Source: Stylophora pistillata (lineage: Eukaryota). Taken from it: DNA of 64,000 nt. The position numbers and the translations under genes are program-made. The first letter of the stretch is position 1. Every line of letters starts with the position of its first letter. This document shows, in pieces, positions 42,185 to 56,600 of the stretch. The notes under the pieces were generated by a model, which saw only the letters and a list, made by a program, of their open reading frames with translations, was not told where the DNA came from and searched no databases. Location of the stretch: the NCBI RefSeq assembly GCF_002571385.2, contig NW_019218098.1:15619-79618 (forward strand), written 5' to 3'.

Positions 42185-45100
42185 TTATTTCGCAGGCAGC
42201 GGTTCGCATTGTGGTAGCTCTTCTTTTATCGCCTTCAACCGCTGGACAATGTTCGCAGACGTTTCGTCGTTAGGATCTACAGCAAAATCCATCACGAACG
42301 AAATGGGGTCTACGCTATTAATGTTTCCCTCGTATGAGGCGAAAATGATATATTCCGATCCGGGTTTGAACTCCATTGGACAGCCATACATGTCTCTGAT
42401 GGTAAAACTGGAAGATAAACAGGAGAAAGGCTGAAATATGACTATGATAAAAAGCATCGGACGTCAAATTTATCTGTGACATTCTAGATATAATAGTGGT
42501 TTTAGGTACCAATCATTATTTATGGGGGGGGGGGGAAGGGGGTTCGAGGGATTTTGGAAGGGATTAAATGGTTGTCAAGAAGAACGGAGGAGGGATCAGT
42601 TGTTGCTAACAGAGTATAAAATGGGGGAGTGTAGAAAATTGACTGACAATGGGGGAGGGGGGGACATAAGAACACCACATAGCCTTGTAGGGGATTCAGG
42701 TAAATTTCACTGTGACACAACCTAAATCATCCCATCTTATCCCATCCCACCCCCTCCTGGCGAAAAATATTGACCGGGCCCTTATGTCCAGTCGCGCTTG
42801 AGACTTGTGAAGCAGGTGGCAACTGTAACTGATTTGGCGTTCTTTGTTCCCAACTAATCGATTGGAGAGTCCATGACTTGACGCTTTTAACTTAGAGAAG
42901 CCGACAAGAAATTTGCCATCAGCAACAGGATAAGAGGACTCAACTTCAAGGCGAGAGAGGAATTTAAAGAGAGTAAATCTTTCTTTAAAGTTTTTAATGT
43001 CAGTAACTCACTCGTGCTTTATGGAGATTTCTTCGTCCGGCGAAACAACCATAGGCTCGTCTTGTCTGAGGATTTCCAATATTTTCACGTTCACCTCCAA
43101 TATAAACAGGCTCTGGGAAGAAATTACTCTGGCGACTAAGGGGGTAAAAAGAAAAATTTAAAGATGTGGGCAAGGGTAACTAAGGTTTCCCGTTCCAGAT
43201 CTTATACAACTGAGTTTTAAAAAAGCACCTGAGCCGCTCGTTTAGAACGTTACACCTGCTGACAAAAGTTGGTAGGCCAATCTTCTTTACGTGAATTCGT
43301 CAACCGGTAAGGTTTGGACCAGTCAGTGGAATGAAGTTTGTTTTCTGGTCAAACGCGAAATTTCATTTAGTCTCGTCATCTCTTATCGCATCGAACTTCT
43401 TCTCACAGTTAGGAGCAGATGTCGCCCACTGGCTGTAACCCATCGACCGTAATTAAATAGGTACCCCTCAGAAAAGTTTTACAAATAATGCTTCAAACGC
43501 AGACCACGACCAAGAAGGAAGCCAAACGTAATTTCATGAAACAACAACAACAACACAATATCGATTAGTGTACATACCAAGATTGCTGCCACACATCATT
43601 TCATCCAGATTGTCCTCTGTTTCATCTATGAAATATTAAGATCATTGTTTGAATTACGAGGACAAAACTGGCCGAGGCTGAATTAGAACCTGCCATTTCC
43701 CAGCTCCTTAGCAGCCGTTGCGTTTGGAGCTCGCCATGCATCACGCTTCTTCTTAGACAGTGGAGGAAGGAGCGTGGGGCGAGCGCTAATAGGAAGAAGC
43801 AAAGTCAACCTTGAAATATCATTCTCCTGATTGGTCCCCAGTCGTCTTCAAACAACTTCATAGAGTGCACGGCACGGGGCGAGGTGGGAACGCAGGGTGA
43901 GATGGGTAGGGAGAAAGCGAGAGAGGAAAACTTCTCTTCCCCTTCCCATTATCCCTTGCTCCCTTGCCATGTGTGGTATGAAGACAACTAGGGACGAGTC
44001 GGAGCATTCCCTTAATCCTTTGCGGACACGTGGTGTGTCCTCTTGGAACGACATCGTTTTGATATGGTTGTGCTTCGGGCTTTGCAATAAGCTATTACTG
44101 TCTCCGGTTTTGAATACCTCGGTCTGTAGTCCTGATGTTGACTTGGAAACCGGAAGCTACTCTATTGGGAGGAATACCAGAGTTCAGAACAATCTGCATA
44201 CAAGTGGAATTACAATGAGACACAAAGGAGCCAGGAGACACCTTGGAACCACAGTATGTCCTCCATGGAAATTGCTGCCGATCACATTCTGAGGGCAAAA
44301 ATATTGAATATATCTTAGAGCCCATTCAACCTTTGACGGATTCATTTAAAATTCACCTTTGTTCCTTGAGAGAAGTCAGGTGTCCACACTGAATTTGGTA
44401 AATCGTCCGGCGAAAACAGTGCTTCTCGAAAACTCTCTTGAAAGATAAGTCTGAAAGTTCCGCCTTTGCGTTTGAGTGTGACAGGAAAACGGTTGAAATT
44501 GAAGCTTTTGGAAAAGCTGTCTTTTTTTATTTCTGGAGGGAAAGTGAGTTACTTAGTTCGCTCCTACCCTGACACAAGGAGGTAGTTTCCGCGTTTCTGC
44601 CACCTGTGTTAGTTTCAAATTCATCTGATGAAGATGAAGTGTAGATGTTGTCCGAATATTGTACTCTGTGGTATGGGGTATGAACTGTGGTATGGGGTAT
44701 GAACTGTGGTATGGGGTATGAACTGTGGTATGGGGTATGAACTGTGGTATGGGGTATTGAACTGAACTGTGAGCTTGAACGACTCTCGTTACCAATGGCT
44801 AAAATAGATTGCCTCCGTATAATATCATACAGTCATGATAAAAAGTAGCGCTACCCCCTTCAAAATGTCATTCAGATACTGTTATTATCAAATGTAAACT
44901 CACGTGGGATAGGGATATCAGTCTTAAACTAATAGTCACTCTTAAACTAACAGTCCACTCAATTTTGATATCAGATATCAAAATTGAGTGGACTATTAGT
45001 TTAAGAGTGAGAGTGAATGAGTATCTAACCGTTAATAATCTCCAGTTTGTCAAATGTACGAAGATCAAAGGTAGTAAAGTTAAATTCCAACTTCATTCCA

Positions 45101-47304
45101 TGAGGAGGACACACCCGCCATGAACAGGATTTTGCTCTCTGGTAAGGCCAAGGAAAATCTGAGCTTTGTATTGTTACGGTCTCGTTTTCATGTACAGCGA
45201 CGAAGCCTCCGCATGCTGAGGAGACTGAAAAAAAAAAAAAAAAAAACGAATGAAGAAACATTGAACAACGCCTGCGGAGAAAAACTTGGCTTTACAGCCA
45301 AATCTGTATTAAGAGGCACAGTCGTCGGGCGTACTCCACGTCAGCTGCATGCAAAATGAACATAGCCACATATTTAAATTATAATAAATTGAAATAACAA
45401 AGACAAAAAACGCTCGAACTAAAGCGCTGGTATTCAGGGCTTGCAAGCTGGTCACTGCGAAGGAGACTACAGGGATGTATGCGAAAAGGACGCTTATTTC
45501 ATGTACTTACGAATCTGTACGTAGGCGTCCTTTGTATCCTCTCCGGCGGGGTTTTTAACTGTACAAGAATATCTCCCTGTATCATAAATGGTGGCAGAAA
45601 TGATCTCGAACATATTTCCTCGCTGTTTTTCTATCAAATGATTTCCACCTCTGGACCAGATTGTTACAAAGGGCAACGTTCCTAATACTTGGCATTTGAC
45701 AACTACCTTTCGTCCCTCTTGTACACGGGTCATAGGTTCAAACGTTTCCACATCAATCTTTGGCGGTTCTGTAGACATAGAAAACAAAAAGGTCCCCGCG
45801 TTAACTTTTGGCATGAAAGTGGTCCCCTTTTGCCCCATGAAATATAATCCGCCTTGCATAATTTTGCAGATATAAATCGAAAAATTTCGCTGAATTTTGA
45901 ACCCCGTACGCCTGAGCCCGCGTTATTGACCGCATATCTGTGACGTAGCATTCGTTATTTAGGGAGAAGTGAAGGGTCAAAAGGTAACTGTGACAGACTG
46001 GCACAGACAGGCTAGATTTTGAAATGAAAGTTCCTCAAACAACTACAATTTTGGGTAGAATGGTCCCAAAAAAGATCAAGATAACCATTATTCCATTTGA
46101 AAGGATGCATTTACGCTTTTAATTCTCGACGCAAATTTCATTGTTGGCGAAGTCGTTGTTGAGGGCGGAAGAATTATATAATTTATGTTCGTTCCTAAGT
46201 GGGAGACTTATTTTTTCCCTCTTAGATGGTGTAGTGTGTATTAGCTGAAAAAGCGATTTAAGTAAGTTCGCACCATGGAGGACTACGGCGGGGCATGACC
46301 ATGCTACAGAAAAAAAGAAAAAAAAATGGCTGGAATATTAGTGAGACCTCTCGCCGAGCGAGTGGGGAAGTGAGCAAAAGACCTCCAGCTTTTGTCGCGT
46401 CCGGAAGACCTGTCAGAGCATTTAATACCAGACAATTGGTTCTTGCTGATCGTCACAAAAAATCTTTGAGTAGCAAAATCATGAAAACCAATCGCGTAAG
46501 CGGACGAGCCAAAGGAAAAGTAAAAGGGCATTGCAGTATGGAGGAAATGTCAATTTTCTCCGTTTACACACTGACATAGGATTATTACTCGCAGTGGGTC
46601 CAGGTTTCTTTATGAGTCAACAGCCTAAAAATTCCTCGTGGTCTATCAATGAGGAACTCCGCAAAAGAAATTTTTCGTTGGAAATTTCTTGTGTTTTTTT
46701 TTTTTGTTGTTGTTGTTGTTGTTCTTAAACATCCCTTCACAAGCTCCATAGGTGGTCAGAATAAACAGCAGCGTTCATATCAAATCTCTCTCTTCATATC
46801 TTTGACAGCAGAAAAAAAGTGCTTACAACTACAAAGACTCTTAAAATTTGCTCAGAAATCTCTTTGTCTCAGGCATATTAAGTAGAGGAAATGCTTAAAG
46901 ATGTTAGAGACATGCTGCCGTCCGGCACGAAAAGTCTGACTCGATGTGCCCGATTATAATTGGATAGCATTGTTAAAAGAAAAGAATACCGATCATGGCT
47001 TGTAGCGGGCATAATATTTTTCCGCTCCGAAATATATCTGATAAAAGAAATAATCACATGTCTCCTTCACCAACTGTCAAAATTTCAACTCCCAAAATAA
47101 TACTCCATCAATAAAAAGGACCTTATCCTGCCATCTCGAGTGCACACCCCCATCAACAACAGGTCCAGTCCTGAAATGATCAAATTGTCTTAGGGCTAAC
47201 ATGGCGCAAATATTATGGTCAGTTTTCGCCGTAAAATTTTTTTCGCGTTTAAGATGAGTAAAGAAGATCTGAATACTTTGAACGTTGGACTGGTGATGGC
47301 GACG

Positions 47305-47343
<39 letters not shown>

Positions 47344-48198
47344 GGTAATGTTATTGATCTATAGTGACATGACAGGACGTCGACAGCGCATTTAATAGTG
47401 CCAGCGAAAATGTGGCGCGCGGCGCCGCGCTCGGAGAGAATCAAAACATGTGCCGAAAGAAAATTGCGGCAGTACTCATACGTACGTCAATATTTGCTCT
47501 ACCGCATAGAAAATGATAGCAGTACAAAATCTACCGGTGACTTTCAGATGTATGTAAACAAAACGAGCCTGTTATTTTTCAATAATAATTTCATCCGTAA
47601 AGACTCGCGTGAACTGTCAAATTTCTGTAGCAACAGTCAAACTTTAAAATTTGTCACAAGCAGACTTCGCACCGAACAGAAAAAATATTAAATAAAGAAC
47701 AACAAACATGAAAATACTGTTCGATTTTTCATTTCATATATTGGAAAATATTTTTTTGCACTTACCGCACTCGTCGTATTGATCAGAGCAGTAACCGCGC
47801 TCAACTGCGGACAAATTGTCATCAGTGACATAGATGGCAGACTGTGGAAAACCGTCATATCTAGCTGTGAAATCTTCATTCACAAAGAATATGTAATCAG
47901 AGCCTTCGAACACGTATGTCAAACACAGCTCTTGTATTCCAAATGATCCAAAACACAGCTCTGGAGGAATTTCGAAGGGTGCCTTGAATATTTTTTCGAT
48001 ACGGACGCAGGCGTCGAAGACTTGACCTGTAGCATGGCGATCTAAGTATGTTGTTGTATTGAGAACTTTAGCTTGAAAAACGATCGGCGCTAGGATAGTT
48101 CGCTCTATTGGAGAGTAGGAAGGAGTCTCAGGAGGCAGAGAGCAAGTGTATGCAACGGGCAGAAACAAACCAGCGACGAGCACAGAGATAAGAAACAT
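42185..48198 (-). CDS. Secreted multidomain protein, ~483 aa: signal peptide, NtA/TIMP-like OB domain, Ig domain, CUB, NTR/TIMP-like domain; exons 47766-48198, 45511-45768, 45030-45224, 44118-44288, 43578-43625, 43012-43135, 42185-42407
   Basis: Signal MFLISVLVAGLFLPVAYT-C; PIVFQAKV...VEKIFK-like...GSDYIFF; Ig C..W..DTGRYSC; CUB CGG...SSDFPWPY...CSW...FDL...YCG...SGF; last domain CPMEFKPGSEYIIF. Exon phases close in frame (1452 nt). Extra exons are possible. Confidence 0.75.
44666..44761. repeat. 19-bp minisatellite, 5 copies (ctgtggtatggggtatgaa)
   Basis: Direct observation; lies in the intron that splits the CUB domain. Confidence 0.95.
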
Positions 48199-49554
48199 TT
48201 CACCAGCTATAAACTCAGCTGGATGCTGCTGGACTATGTCACGACACACGATCGATAGTAACGTTTATATTCAGCGAGGAATTCCATTCCCGCGTGTTTG
48301 GTGACGGATTATCTTTCAAGTGAGGGCTCACAGACAGCTCAGATAAACAGCTTTGGTGGGAGATTTCGTGAGGTCAGATTAACTTTGTGGGCAGTCAAAA
48401 TAACCCAAAACTGAAAGTCAAAGTCGAAGAATTGAAAAACTGAATAAAACTGAGTTTTTAAAAGGATCGTTGTTTTTTGATGAGCGTCGTCAATTCATTC
48501 TGGATTGTTTCATTCATTGCGGTTTACCTCCCATCTCTTCTATTTCCGCTTTGAAGTTGACAAAGGCCGTTTCTTTACCCCCCTATCATGCAATGTAAAA
48601 TGAGCGCATACCTTCATTGTGTAAGTAATCTTACCCATTTTCGTTTGTTTATGAACTATTACCTCTAACCCACTCTCCAACTCATTCTGCCATTCCTCCG
48701 ATATTAGCTGCTGCCTTCAAGGAGTTTGTGGGAGATTTAAGGCCAGAGTTTTCCAAGAGGAATAGTGAGACGCCCAACTATTTGGGTGTGGCCCTTTTTG
48801 ATTTGACGGGAGATTGCGGCTTATCGGGAATTTTGATAAGAACCCCGTCAAAAGTTATTTGAATATTGTTTCATGGGTGTGTCTCACATACCTGCAATGG
48901 ATTTTACCTCAAGTTTATTTTCTTTTGTCTCAAGCATCAGAGGCATCAGCTCTTATTTTGAATTATTCGTAATAGATTATGTGTTTCGCTTTCAGGAGTT
49001 TGGAGCTTCTTGGACTCTTTATTATATCAGAAGCACATTTAAAGTTCTAATTCTCATCTTTACTATTATCGTTGAGTCCCAAGGAATATGACAAGTTTGT
49101 TCATGGCTGGGGATTTTATGACTTTTTGTTTCTTGAAATTGTTAAGCTGTTCCTGGTTAGCAAAAACATAGCTTATCCTTTTTTAAGAAATCCTCCCTCA
49201 ATTAATCTTATTTTGACATTGTTTTGTTATCTCTTCAACAGATTATAGGATTAATGGATCTAATTTCCTTCATTTCAAACGAGGACATTGTAACTATTGG
49301 CTCCTGTAACGCTCAGGTATGCCGTATGCCACACGGAATCAACTCTGAACTGGCCTGGACTTGCTTTTTGTCTAATTTCTGCTGAAACGCTGCAAGCTTT
49401 AAAAGAATGTTAGTTGAGGGGGGCCTTGGGATTTTCAGTTTTGCGGTTTGGACTAATTTTTGGATCGGTTTTTCGGTTTTTGGGCCAAAAAGGTTTGGTT
49501 TTTCGGTTTTGATGTTCAGAGCGGTTTGCGGATTTTACGTGTTTTTGCACAGGG

Positions 49555-50001
49555 AGGGGCCCACACAAGCGGCGTGTCTGGTCGTTTGTTAGAAATAGAA
49601 AGAAATGTATGGGAGAATATTGAAGAGTCGTAATATCGTAAACTTATATCAAGGAACAAAATAAATGTAAACCTACCTCACTTGCTGTCTATTGTCGTTT
49701 CTGTGGTTCTAAATGGCCAATTTGGCCGATTTGGTAGATTTTGCGTCGACTGTTACTTTACTGAATAAGAAGGAGACAGTAAAGTAACAGTCAACGCAAA
49801 ATCTACCAAATCGGTCAAATTCGCCATTCAGAACCACAGAAACGACAATACACAGCAAGTGAGGTAGGTTTACATTTATTTTGAGCCTTAACATGGACAT
49901 TCCTTTCTATAAGTTTACGATAACACGACTCTTCAATATTCTTCCATGCATTTCTTTATATTTCGAACAAACGACCAGACACGCCGCTTGTGTGGGCCCC
50001 T
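49555..50001. mobile_element. Near-perfect palindromic foldback MITE inserted in a CGGTTT-rich repeat (~49415-50200)
   Basis: aggggcccacacaagcggcgtgtctgg... / ...ccagacacgccgcttgtgtgggcccct; the arms pair nearly to a ~13-nt loop at 49764-49776. Confidence 0.85.
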
Positions 50002-50646
50002 GTGGTTTTTGCATTCGGTTTTTGGTTTTCACGAAAATTCTGGTGCGGTTTTCGGTTTTTTCTTTTTGACCCCTTAAAGGTGAAAATGTAGCGGTTTTGT
50101 CAGGTTTGCATGCGTTTTTCGGTTTTGTTGCTTTTTTTCGTCGGTTTTTCGGTTTTGGAGGTTTTTTTTCTTCGTTTTGCGGTTTCCTAGAGGCCCCAAT
50201 GCGTTAGTCTTAGTTGTACAGCCACTAACTGAAGCTTAAAAACTGTATTATTTTGCATTCATTTATAGTTAGTTTTAAAGGAGTAAGATTAAGTCTCGGT
50301 GTTTAAAAACTAGAATTTCATACGTGGTCTTTCTCCTTTTCCTTTTTGGCATGCAACACCCATGACAGATCGTGACAGCCCTCTACGAATTCTTCATGAT
50401 TAAGTTTACTTCTGCTATTTGGGGGAAAATTAACATTAGTCTTTAAACTTTTAAGACAGTCAATTTGTGGTTTAGTTGCACCAGGAAATCAATACGCGAA
50501 CTTTTATTCAATCATGACGAAGGCGAGTGAAAGCAGGTAATGTTTGCGTGACTAGAGATTGATCGCAGAGATCTATGGGATTTAGTATCAGTGAGAGGCC
50601 TGGGTCTTAGTTAAAAGGTTTTGTCTGCTTCTGCAAATGTCACGCC

Positions 50647-53600
50647 ATGAGCTTCTGGGAGCTTGTGGACAAGCCGACCGTGCATGAAATGGCTAAAACC
50701 CAAGAGAAAGGTAGGCTGTTTTTTCCTCTTATTTCTATACTAAATTCTTTGTAGATCGATTACGAAGATTTTGAACGAAACATAAGTTCAATTGGGTAAA
50801 GTATTTGCTGTTATTTAGTTGTTTTGTCATCTGAGATGGTCGAAGCTGACATTTCCTTATCAAATCAGCTGTTTGTATATGAACTTCATATATTCATTGT
50901 AACCGAATCAGCTGTTTGTTGCGAAAAAAAACATAAATTTCTCTTTCGTAGACGAGCAAATAATTTACGCAATTTCTTACAAAAAATTCGGTAATTTGTG
51001 AGTTGTTTTCGGTAAAGAGATGATGAAACTTTGTGGCATTGTAAGTGTTAACGTTATTATTTTGGGGGGTGCCTTTAGTACTTAATTTGTCGACAATCTC
51101 CCTCAAGCAACCTCTTTTATGATTGCATCTCGCTAGCCTGATTAAAACTTTGCACAGGGGTGCTTTGTTTAGACTACACTTCTATTCTTAAGTTAATTAT
51201 TACCCTGCAGTAATAAATTGGTACTCTTCTGGCTGAAAGAAACAATTTAAAACTGGTAACTTCCTTTTGAGTGCATTAGATTGTTTTGGTTGGAAATCAA
51301 GGAGAGCAGAAATGAGATTGATAAAGAAATTAGGGAGGTGAACCACTGTTGGAAATGCCTCACTGACTGGCTCAGTCAGTTAGCAAGAATTACTTGTTAA
51401 CCCACGTTAAATGTATTTTCATGATACAGAATACGTGGTCTTTGTCACATCACAGAAGCTTCATTATCTAAACTGAGGCTCCTGAGGGATTTCTCCACCC
51501 ACTCAGGCTAAAGTGTATCATTAGATCAATATATTATTAAATTTATATAATCAATTGAAAACACCCTTCTCATGACAAATGGAAGATTATTCTTTAAATT
51601 AAAACCCTTGATATGCATGTGATAAGGAAATGAGAGTCTCTAAGTTACACTGTACTTTAAATGGAATGAGGCAATGATTTAGATGTAAAAAAAAAAAATC
51701 CTTAATTTAAAACATGATCAGAGTCTAAGCATTGTATGCTTGTGGGATTGTGTATCTAATTAACCTACCTAATTAACCTATTATTAAAATGAGTGAAACA
51801 TATAAAATGACTTACTTTAGCTTTCAAGTAGATACATGGCATCTTTAAAATTTAACATCTCAGTTACTGACTTATTTCAAATATGATTTCCCTGAATGTA
51901 GGCTCAGATTTTGTCTTTGAATAAATTGTTAAAAACTACATGAATCATACAAATAGTCTGAGACACAATTCCACAGTACAGCTCCTCTGTAACGAACAGA
52001 ATTTTTCATAACATAAGTAAAAAATCGTGGAATGGTGGACTTGTAATGTCCTCTTAAGCTGTATGCAGTTGCGCTGTGCAACTAAATCTGAAATCATTGA
52101 GGGCATATTATTGCTAACTTTGTCATAGATTAGTTAGACAAGACTTCGATGTTATCGTTTGCACACCTTCAAGCAATTTTGTCTTTCTTTGTATTCAGGA
52201 GTTGGTGGAGGGACTAACAATGCTTCTACAATGTACTTTGTTGTGGAAGGGGGTCTGAATTCACTGAGCACATCAAAAGATGGATCACAAGTAGTTGTGG
52301 CTGGTCGAAATGGTAAGGGATAATTTACCTTCTGATTTCTACTCTGTACCTAACACAGATATAATGTTAAAGAAGGGAAGAAGAAAATTGAAACACTGTG
52401 TAACTAGTATATAGCAGAATGTATAATATTTATTCAAATAATTAAGTGTCCACATCAAATAAGTGCTCACCTGAACAAGTGCTCAGCCTGGAAGTTGCTC
52501 AACGCTATGCAGATTATCTGTTTTCTTTATAGAATGTTAAGAAAAATATAATGCAGAAACATTGCACAATTCATTTGCTAGTCAACCTGTATTTTAATAC
52601 AGGTTAAAGATCACATAAAAGTGATCAACTTGTTTTTAATAGTCACCCTGCAGTTCCTCATTGATGGCCACTTAACACAGGTGCAAGAGTATTATTTTTA
52701 GCTTTGATTCAGTTTTTAAGGTCATCAGCATTGGAGAGACTGGATTTGTTGAAAAAACTAATTTACGTGTTGGAAGGATTAACTTGAACTTCAGCATAAC
52801 AGATGTTCAGTGGCATCCAGTTGATGGTAAATGGCACTAAAGTTGATAAGTTTATTCATTACTCAATTCTCAAAGAGTAATTTTATGTTCAAATAGTTTT
52901 GTAGCTATTGTTGAAAATTTAGGCTAAAAGCTAGGGTCAGTTTAAAGTAAGAAAGAAACCTGTAAGTTATACTACAAGTGCATGTTTAGGTTTATTCAGG
53001 CCTGTAAGTTGTGTATTTATGGTTTCCTTTCTGCTCCTATTTAATGGAGAACCGTTAAGTATAGCCTGAATGTCATTCTTATGTGTAAGGAAGTGCTGCA
53101 GGGGAATATATAATTGTCAATTTAGAGCTTTCTAATTAAATTAGTTTAGGTTTTAAATACAGGTGGCTGTATGCATTGTTCATTGCTTGTGGTGTTCAAA
53201 CAATCCAGAAGAAATATGATTACTTGCATTTTTGATCTTTTGATGTCACAAGGTCCAGAAGCAGAAGCCCTTATCTAAAAAATAAATCAGCTGGCAGTGG
53301 TTTATTACAGACTGTCTGGTTGATATTTAAGGAGTTGGAAGTTCATAGTGAAGATTTGCTGTTTAGTAATTCATTTTGGAAATTAATCATTTCAAATTGA
53401 AAGTCAGGGATATTGAACTTTGTTTACAGATTACATTCTGGCAACTGCAGCTGGTAATGGTGCTGTTGTGCTTTGGAATTTGAACAAAATCACAAGACAG
53501 AAACAGGGTGCTTTCCATTTTTAACATTGAAAATAATTATTACTGGTATTGTTTTAAATCAGAATAGTTATCTTAAGTTTTTTCAATATTAATGCATTAT

Positions 53601-56600
53601 GCATTATGAGGGCCCCACTGAAAACTGCTGTGGCGAGGTGGGCTCCCTCGTTAAGTATTATTATTATTAAAATATTATTATTATTATTATTATTATTAAT
53701 ATTCAACATTTTAACAGATAAAATTCTTACCACCTATTGAGTAAAATTATGTAGATCAGTCAATGTTTAACATAAATTAGATGAGCTTTTTCATATGGAA
53801 AGTTTTGGGAGCTTGAAAAATGTGTAAGAGTTGATCGAGGTATAACCAAAATAATGCAGCCCCCAAACTTCATAGTATGTGCTTGCTATTAGTATGAATG
53901 TGCCACCAACTTATGAATCAATTTTTTCACAATGTTCTCAGTGTGGTAGTTTAGTTTTTTCCACTAAGTTTCAATGCATAAACTTGGATGATCTTTGTGC
54001 CGAACTGGCATATGAAGAAGCAAGTTGAATTTGATTCTGTTGATTTTATTCATTTAGCTATTTTGTAATTGATAATTTTTTCCCCTGTCTACAGAGTTGG
54101 TATTCACGGAACATAAGAGGACTGTCAATAAAATTCAGTTCCATCCTTTTGAAAACCACATTTTGTTGAGTGGATCACAAGATGGAACAATGAGATATTT
54201 TGTAAGCCACTTCGTGTTAAAGAGAAAATTTTAAAGTGTAGTTGTTTTTACATGGTATTTATTTAGCATATGTATGTTGTTGTGAATCTTCGTAAATATA
54301 TATATAGTTTTCTTCTCCAGTTTTATTTTTGAATAATGGATCTTTAGATGGTCTTTGTTTGATGCTCACTATAAATACAAAATATACTTCAGATATTCCT
54401 GAGTCACATACAGTCAAATCTCCACTAACAGAAACTCTTGTGAGCAGATAGTTCTTCTTACAGACAATTTTTTTTAATTCCCCTTTTTGCCTCCCAGGAA
54501 AACTCTGTATTTACACATTCCCTTTAGTGGACACTCTCTTATAAGCAAACCCAGACACTTTAGAAATGGAAAACTGGATATTTCATTTTTTTATTGTCTT
54601 CTCTTAAGCGGACACAACATGCATACTTGGCAATGGAATTGGTCTTAATTTACAAGTCAACAAAAATATGACCTTTGTGATAAAGTAACAGAACAGTGGG
54701 GATAAGTTTTGTCAAAACTCCATTTGTCCATTGGAAAGCAAGCAAGAGTCTGAGATAACACTTTCCTGTAAGTGAACATCCAACACATTTTAGTGTCAGT
54801 TCATGGGACACTTTTACCAATTCCCTAGGGTATCCACTTAAATGAGAGTTGACTGTAGTTGATCATGCAGTAAAGTGAAAAAGTGTAAGTATCCAGTTAT
54901 TAAAAGTGTACATGATTCCAATGTTGTCTGTTTTTGCTTACTTTTCAACTAAAGGATTTAAGAAAACAAAGTGTTGCATTAACATTCCTTGGAAAAGCAG
55001 AAAGTATACGAGATGTTCAGGTCTGTATTTTTTGTGTTAATTTTCAATTTTGTATCCAGTTCTTAATGGTTTTATCAGATATTTGCTCACAGTCTTGTTA
55101 CTACCTTTGTTTTATAAAATGTAGGAATATTGTTGTATGAGAAATTCATTGGCTTTTTTTTAAACAAAGAATAAATTTTTGTCAGAGATTAAAGATTGCA
55201 CAGCATGGTATAGCAACTCAGTCTATCAAATGAATATAAGAATTTCTGCAAACTAGAATGCTGTTTTAATTTAATTCAAAATTTTGAAGTCAACTTCAAA
55301 ACAGAATACCTACATCCATATAAATGGAATTTTTTAAAATGAAATCACGGTCTGAAGTTGAGTAATGAAAGATGAAGTCTATTGGTGGGTGCGCTAAAAT
55401 GAATCTACTCAGTCTGACATGTGTCTTACAACTTACAATTTATCTCTAGTTCAGCCCATTTCAAGGTGATAGTCAAAAATTTGCTGCTGCATGTGAGAAT
55501 GGTAATGTTCAGGTAAATTTAGACTATTGTTTGTAATGCTACTGACTGAAATCAAACTCGCTCTTTTTATTTGGAATATTAGTCAGTGTTCCAAGGCTTA
55601 GGGTTTACTAAAGTGCCATTCCCCATTCTGCAGTTTCATGAAATAATTGAATGGTCACCAGAAATAAATGTTTAGTTGTCAAAAAAAAAAAAAAAAAAGA
55701 AAAAAAAAAGATAGAGAGAGAAATAAAAGAAAGCAGGGAAAAAGGGCAATGACATTTTGTTGGATATTGCCTATAAATCATTACACAACTATTTAGACTG
55801 TACACAGTAACTAAAAGAAATGTCACAGGTACGTGTGGCTGCTTGATCACTGAATGGAGAGACTTTCATAGCAAATTTAGTTGCAAAAGATCGCTTTCCT
55901 AGCCATGGACCGCAGCTTGAAGAGTATACAGGACACTTCGCCCAAAAGACTTATCACACAAGTCTCTTCGCACAAGTTTTAGACCGTTCCCACAATTCTT
56001 AGTAGTCATTTCGCACAATAATTGTAAGTGAGGAGAAACATCGATTTAAAAGGTATTCTAATTGATACTGATAAGATATTTCACCTTCACGTGTCACTTT
56101 CAATAAGATCCGATGACGAGAACGTAGATATTTATTTACGTAATAACTTCAACTGGATCGAAACGCTTGTGAACACGATCACTATTCTAACTTGATGATG
56201 AACTTTATTCATGTGTCAATTATAAAATAGCAGTAATAAAACCTAAGTAAGGACACAACAAGATAATTTAAATAAAATATAAATAATAATAATAATAATA
56301 AGAAAGGAACAAATCTTTCTCTCTATCAAAGTGTAAAGAACTCCCTATTCGAACGATTACTTCTATTACTTTATAATAATAATAATAAGTAAGATCTTTT
56401 GACAGGGAGCCCACGTCACAAAGTGTGGTTTTCAGTGAGGCCCTGCATAAATCTGACGTAAGGATAACAGAAAATATAAATATGGTTATCAAGAAAAGGA
56501 TAAAAGGGCATAATCAATAGAGGAGACTACAAATTTTTAACAAGACGTCTAAAAACTGAAAAATCGGAAATGTTCCTAATGCCGTCTGGGAGAGCGTTCC

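Noticed and set aside
51430-51515. Extra WDR24 coding exon
   Set aside because: The frame compatible with exon 1 hits a stop, and exons 50647-50710 and 52199-52312 join in phase without it.
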